Shown here piece after piece: positions 60,605 to 64,000 of a DNA stretch of 64,000 nucleotides (its first letter is position 1; the number at the start of each line of letters is the position of its first letter). Under the pieces are notes generated by a model. That model worked only from the letters and a program-made list of their open reading frames with translations. It had not been told where the DNA came from and made no database searches. The DNA lies in the NCBI GenBank assembly GCA_963727455.1, contig CAVSGG010000005.1, positions 448,001-512,000 of the forward strand, given 5' to 3'. This stretch comes from Candidatus Krumholzibacteriota bacterium (lineage in GTDB: Bacteria; Krumholzibacteriota; Krumholzibacteriia; JAJRXK01). Both the position numbers and the translations under genes were made by a program.

Positions 60605-60988
60605 GTGATCGTCGGGATTGGAGTCGACCTCTGCGAAGTGAGCCGTCTACGTGAACTGGAAGAACGCTACGGCGAGCGCTTCTTAGCTAGGGTATTCACG
60701 GACACCGAGCTGAAGCGCTGCTCGGGTCGCCGGCATCACGAATGTCTCGCGGGACGCTTCGCGGCCAAGGAGGCCGCATTGAAGGCGCTGGGAACCGGAC
60801 TCTCGCAGGGGATCGCCTGGCGCGACGTGGAGCTCACGCGCGGGGAATATCAGGCCCCCACCATCGCCTTTCATCGTCGCGCCCGCGAAATCTTCGAAGC
60901 AGTGGGGGCAAGCAGAGTCGTGGTTTCCGTCAGCCACGACGGGGGGATGGCCATGGCCACCGTAATCCTCGAGGGTGAGGAACGATGA
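60605..60988 (+). CDS. acpS: Holo-ACP synthase
   Basis: GIGVDL, RVFT..E, AGRFAAKEA..KALGTG, VSVSHD. Confidence 0.95.
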   Translation: MIVGIGVDLCEVSRLRELEERYGERFLARVFTDTELKRCSGRRHHECLAGRFAAKEAALKALGTGLSQGIAWRDVELTRGEYQAPTIAFHRRAREIFEAVGASRVVVSVSHDGGMAMATVILEGEER

Positions 60989-61656
60989 GCCGGGATCTGA
61001 CGGCTATTTTGGCCTCGGGTGCTTGGTTGCTCGTGGTCCTCGCCGGCGCGGAGTTCGCCCGACGCCGGGGAATGGAACGCGTCGATACCCGCCGCCTGGT
61101 GCACGTTGCCGTGGCGAGCTGGATCGTTCCCACCTTTCTGCTCTATGAAAGTTGGCAGTGGGCTGCCGCGCCCGCCCTGGTCTTCGTGTTCGTCAACGCC
61201 TTCAGCCTGCGTTTTCGCCTGATCAAGAGTGTGGAGATCGACGAGCGCAGTTTGGGAACGGTTTTCTTTCCTCTCAGTGTGGGGGTCCTGACCGTCCTCG
61301 GCTGGCAGGATCCCTGGCGGGCCGTGGCGGCGGCAGGTGTTTTGAGCATGGGGTGGGGCGATGCAGCCGCCTCCTTCGTGGGTCGGCGCTGGGGGCGCCA
61401 CACCTACCATGTGGCGTCGCATCAAAGAAGCCTAGAGGGCTCGCTCGCCATGCTCGTGGTCAGTTGGTTGGCGATTGTGGTAGCGGGTGTCCTTGTCGGC
61501 CCGCAGTTCGGCGGCGGTTGGATCTTGGCCGGATTGCTTGCAGCCTTCGTGGCCACGGTCCTCGAGGGAATCTCACTCGTGGGAACGGACAATCTCCTGG
61601 TTCCGTTTTCGACTTCCGCGGTTTTGGCGCTCTTGCACGGGAGTTTTTGGGGATGA
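60985..61656 (+). CDS. CTP-dependent prenol kinase (phytol/farnesol/dolichol kinase family)
   Basis: TRRLVH, GTVFF, MGWGDAAASFVGRRWG, RSLEGS, GTDNLLVP. Confidence 0.85.
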   Translation: MSRDLTAILASGAWLLVVLAGAEFARRRGMERVDTRRLVHVAVASWIVPTFLLYESWQWAAAPALVFVFVNAFSLRFRLIKSVEIDERSLGTVFFPLSVGVLTVLGWQDPWRAVAAAGVLSMGWGDAAASFVGRRWGRHTYHVASHQRSLEGSLAMLVVSWLAIVVAGVLVGPQFGGGWILAGLLAAFVATVLEGISLVGTDNLLVPFSTSAVLALLHGSFWG

Positions 61657-62706
61657 TGGAAACCTCGAACTTTGCTCCCGTCGACCGATTGTTTCTCACC
61701 GGCGGCACGGGCTATTTGGGGAAGCACCTCGTGCGCGAGTTCCTCGAGGCCGGCTACGAGCTCTTGCTTTTGACCCGCGAAAACTCCGATCGCAGCGGGT
61801 TGCCACTGGACGGCATACGGTACGTGGAGGGCGACCTGCTCGATCCTTCGAGCTACCGGCATGTCCTGGGAGAGGTCGGCGCGGTCGTGCATTCGGCGGG
61901 CCTGGTGAGCAGCTGGGAAAAAGACAAGAGTCTCTTCGATCGAGTAAACGTGGGAGCTCTGGACGGGCTCTTGCACGCCTGCGGAGAGGCCCAGGTCGCC
62001 CGGGTGGTGTACACCTCTTCCTTTTTCGTGCTGGGTCCCGGAGAAGACGAAGCGCCACGCAACGAAGCGCAGCGCATGCCCGTGGCTGGATTCAATGATT
62101 ACGATCGCACGAAAATTCTGGCGGAACGCTGTGTGAAGCAGCACCGGCAACGGGGGCTCGACATCGTCAGCTCTACTCCCGACGGTGATCTATGGCCCTG
62201 GCGAGCGCACCCAGGGCAACCACGTGGCGAAGATCCTGGAGGATCTCCTGAACCAGAACTTGCCGGGCGTGATCGGAAGCGGGGAGCAAGTTTGGAACTA
62301 CGTGTTCGTGGGTGACGCGGCGCGCGGGCATCGCTTGGCCCTCGAAAGAGGCGAAGCCTGCGCGGACTATCTGCTGGGGGGGGAGAACGCCAGCATGTTG
62401 CGTTTCCTCGAGCTGGCGGCAAATTTGGGCGAGGTGGCCGTGCCCACGCGACGCATCCCTTTCGCCCTTCTGATGGCCGTGGCGCGTTTACAGATGCTTC
62501 GAGCCAAACTCACCGGCAAAGCTCCGGAACTGACCAGCGGGATGGTGCGCAGCTACCAGTATGATTGGGCCTTCGACGACGCCAAGGCCCAACGTGAGCT
62601 TGGCTACCAGGGCAGGCCTCTGCTCGAAGGGCTGCGCGAGACCATCGACTGGTTGCGCAGCGGAGGAGCTTCGCCCTTTCACGACGAACGGTGGGAGTTC
62701 GAGTGA
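61653..62706 (+). CDS. Extended SDR, farnesol dehydrogenase (FLDH)-like; one frameshift at about 62169
   Basis: TGGTGYLG, YTSSFFVLG, YDRTK; removing one base at about 62169 gives DIVALLPTVIYGPG; LPGVIGSG, GENAS, KAQRELGY. Confidence 0.82.
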
Positions 62707-63449
62707 GCGTGATGCCCGCTTTCAGCTACGGTTTCGACTTGCACAAGCTCGCACTCCCTTTAGCGGGGAATCTCGTTCTCGCGCTGTATGCGTGGCGTCG
62801 CAGGCTCGTCAGCCGCAGTGGTTTCATCGGAGGAGCGCTCCTGGGCAGCTGGATTTTGGTGCTAGGAGGAGGTGGAGCCTATCTGCTTCTCTGCGCCTTC
62901 TTCGCCCTGGGCACCGCCGCGACGCAGCTGGGGTATCGCAGCAAGGCGGAAAGAGGATTGGCTCAGGAAGAGGGCGGCCGCCGCGGGGTTCGTCACGTAC
63001 TCGCAAACTGCGGTGTCGGCCTGCTCCTGGTCTTGCTTTTTCCCAGTCGTTTCTCCTTCGCCCTGGGAGCGGCCTATGTGGCCGCCTTCGCCACCGCGAC
63101 CGCCGACACCCTGGGCAGCGAAATCGGGCAGCTGTGGGGAAGGCGCGCCTTCGATCCACTACGGATGCGTCCAGCCCCCTCGGGTAGCGAGGGAGCCGTC
63201 TCCTTGGAAGGGACCCTGGCGGGTGGGCTGGGAGCGGGAATTCTGGCTCTTCTAGGCTCAATTCTGCATTTTTACCCCTATTCCGTGCTCTGGGTCCCCC
63301 TTCTCGCGGGAGTTCTCGGAAGCGGCCTGGAGAGCCTCTTGGGCAGCTCAGGTGCGGTTCGAGGCCGTCTGGACAACGAAGTGCTGAACTTCCTCAACAC
63401 TGCGGTGGGGGCGCTCTTGGCCTGGACCGCGATCCAGATCTTGCCCTGA
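62703..63449 (+). CDS. DUF92/TMEM19 membrane protein (VTE6-like prenyl-phosphate kinase family)
   Basis: FF.LG...T..G...K, GRRG..HVLAN, ADTLGSEIG, GSEGAVSLEGT, ESLLG, NEVLNFLNT. Confidence 0.88.
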   Translation: MSVMPAFSYGFDLHKLALPLAGNLVLALYAWRRRLVSRSGFIGGALLGSWILVLGGGGAYLLLCAFFALGTAATQLGYRSKAERGLAQEEGGRRGVRHVLANCGVGLLLVLLFPSRFSFALGAAYVAAFATATADTLGSEIGQLWGRRAFDPLRMRPAPSGSEGAVSLEGTLAGGLGAGILALLGSILHFYPYSVLWVPLLAGVLGSGLESLLGSSGAVRGRLDNEVLNFLNTAVGALLAWTAIQILP

Positions 63450-63471
63450 GGCCTCCCGGCGGGGCACATGC

Positions 63472-63500
63472 TTGAGTTTTCCCCAGTCCAGTGATAGACT
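63472..63500 (+). promoter_or_regulatory. Putative sigma70 promoter with extended -10
   Basis: TTGAGT-N17-TAGACT with TG two bases before the -10. Confidence 0.55.
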
Positions 63501-63506
63501 TAGAAC

Positions 63507-63835
63507 TCGATCGAGAGGGACTCTCCGGGTACCTATGCGCTAGGTCACATCCGGCTGCAATCCTTCTCGATGGATTGCAACTGTGCTACCGCACCAGAAG
63601 GAGTGCCCGTAGAGCTTGGTTAACGCGGTTCCTCATTGCGAGGAACGTTGACATCCGGGGGGGACGTAGCTAGCTACCGATGGCAGGAGTCCGAAGGGAT
63701 GAACTGCGCGGTCTGGTGGAACCCTTGGTGAGAGCTCGAGGTGCACGATCCGAACGATCGTCTACCCGCTGCCATCTCGCTGAACTTGCCTCGTGGAGGC
63801 GAACCCTCGTGCCATAGTCGGTACGAGGGAGGAGC
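63507..63835 (+). ncRNA. Candidate structured RNA or long 5' leader, unclassified
   Basis: At least eight complementary stems in about 330 nt downstream of a promoter; no known family recognised. Confidence 0.35.
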
Positions 63836-63843
63836 GTAGTGTC

Positions 63844-64000
63844 ATGTCCCTCGATTTTGTCTCAGCGCGATCTCTACTCGCAACCCTCTTGACAGGTTTG
63901 CTTTTGTTCGGCCTCGCAGCGTGTGGCTCGAGCGCGTATACCGACGTCAATTTGCACAAGGATCTCGATGCGCGGAGCACAGGTCAAAACAGCCCGGCTG
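63844..64000 (+). CDS. Lipoprotein, N-terminal fragment (runs off window)
   Basis: SD GGAGGAG; MSLDFVSARSLLATLLTGLLLFGLAAC lipobox; frame open to the end. Confidence 0.7.
   Translation, partial: MSLDFVSARSLLATLLTGLLLFGLAACGSSAYTDVNLHKDLDARSTGQNSPA

Noticed and set aside
63679-63776. tRNA-Sec, 5S rRNA or SRP RNA identity for the 98-nt closed domain
   Set aside because: No TTCRA T-loop or anticodon arm, no 5S conserved loops, and no SRP domain IV CAGG/GNAA/AGCAG on either strand

Overview
GC-rich, almost entirely + strand core-genome segment from a diderm (LPS-producing) bacterium. The lpxC-fabZ fusion, mcsA-mcsB-clpC without ctsR and the bacillithiol genes suggest an FCB-related lineage (inference only). 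Gene order: ftsK'-rimO-hyp-TPR-bamD-nadD-polA-coaE-prfB(+1 frameshift)-lysS-lolE-lolD-mcsA-mcsB-clpC; bamA-skp-lpxD-lpxC/fabZ-lpxA-lpxB-DUF374-lpxK; a sigma54-driven lipoprotein (minus strand); nadB-amrB-methyltransferase-bshC-bshB1-bshA; Minf_1886-mobA-moaC; tol-pal-cpoB; cupin; lexA plus an inactive Y-family polymerase homolog; DUF72; hsp20-lon; an LPS core cluster (four GT9s, msbA, gmhB, GT2, FAD oxidoreductase/aldo-keto reductase pair) with many indels that look like sequencing errors; and a terminal cluster of UbiA prenyltransferase, acpS, prenol kinase, farnesol-dehydrogenase-like SDR and DUF92. The best candidate for an undescribed system is this last cluster, which reads as a complete prenol salvage and re-prenylation pathway. 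Also notable: a probable N-methyl-bacillithiol operon, a candidate new LexA box, and three structured RNA leaders (nadB, tolQ, 63.5-63.84 kb). No mobile elements, CRISPR arrays, tRNA or rRNA genes were recognised. All family assignments come from reading motifs by eye, not from database searches.
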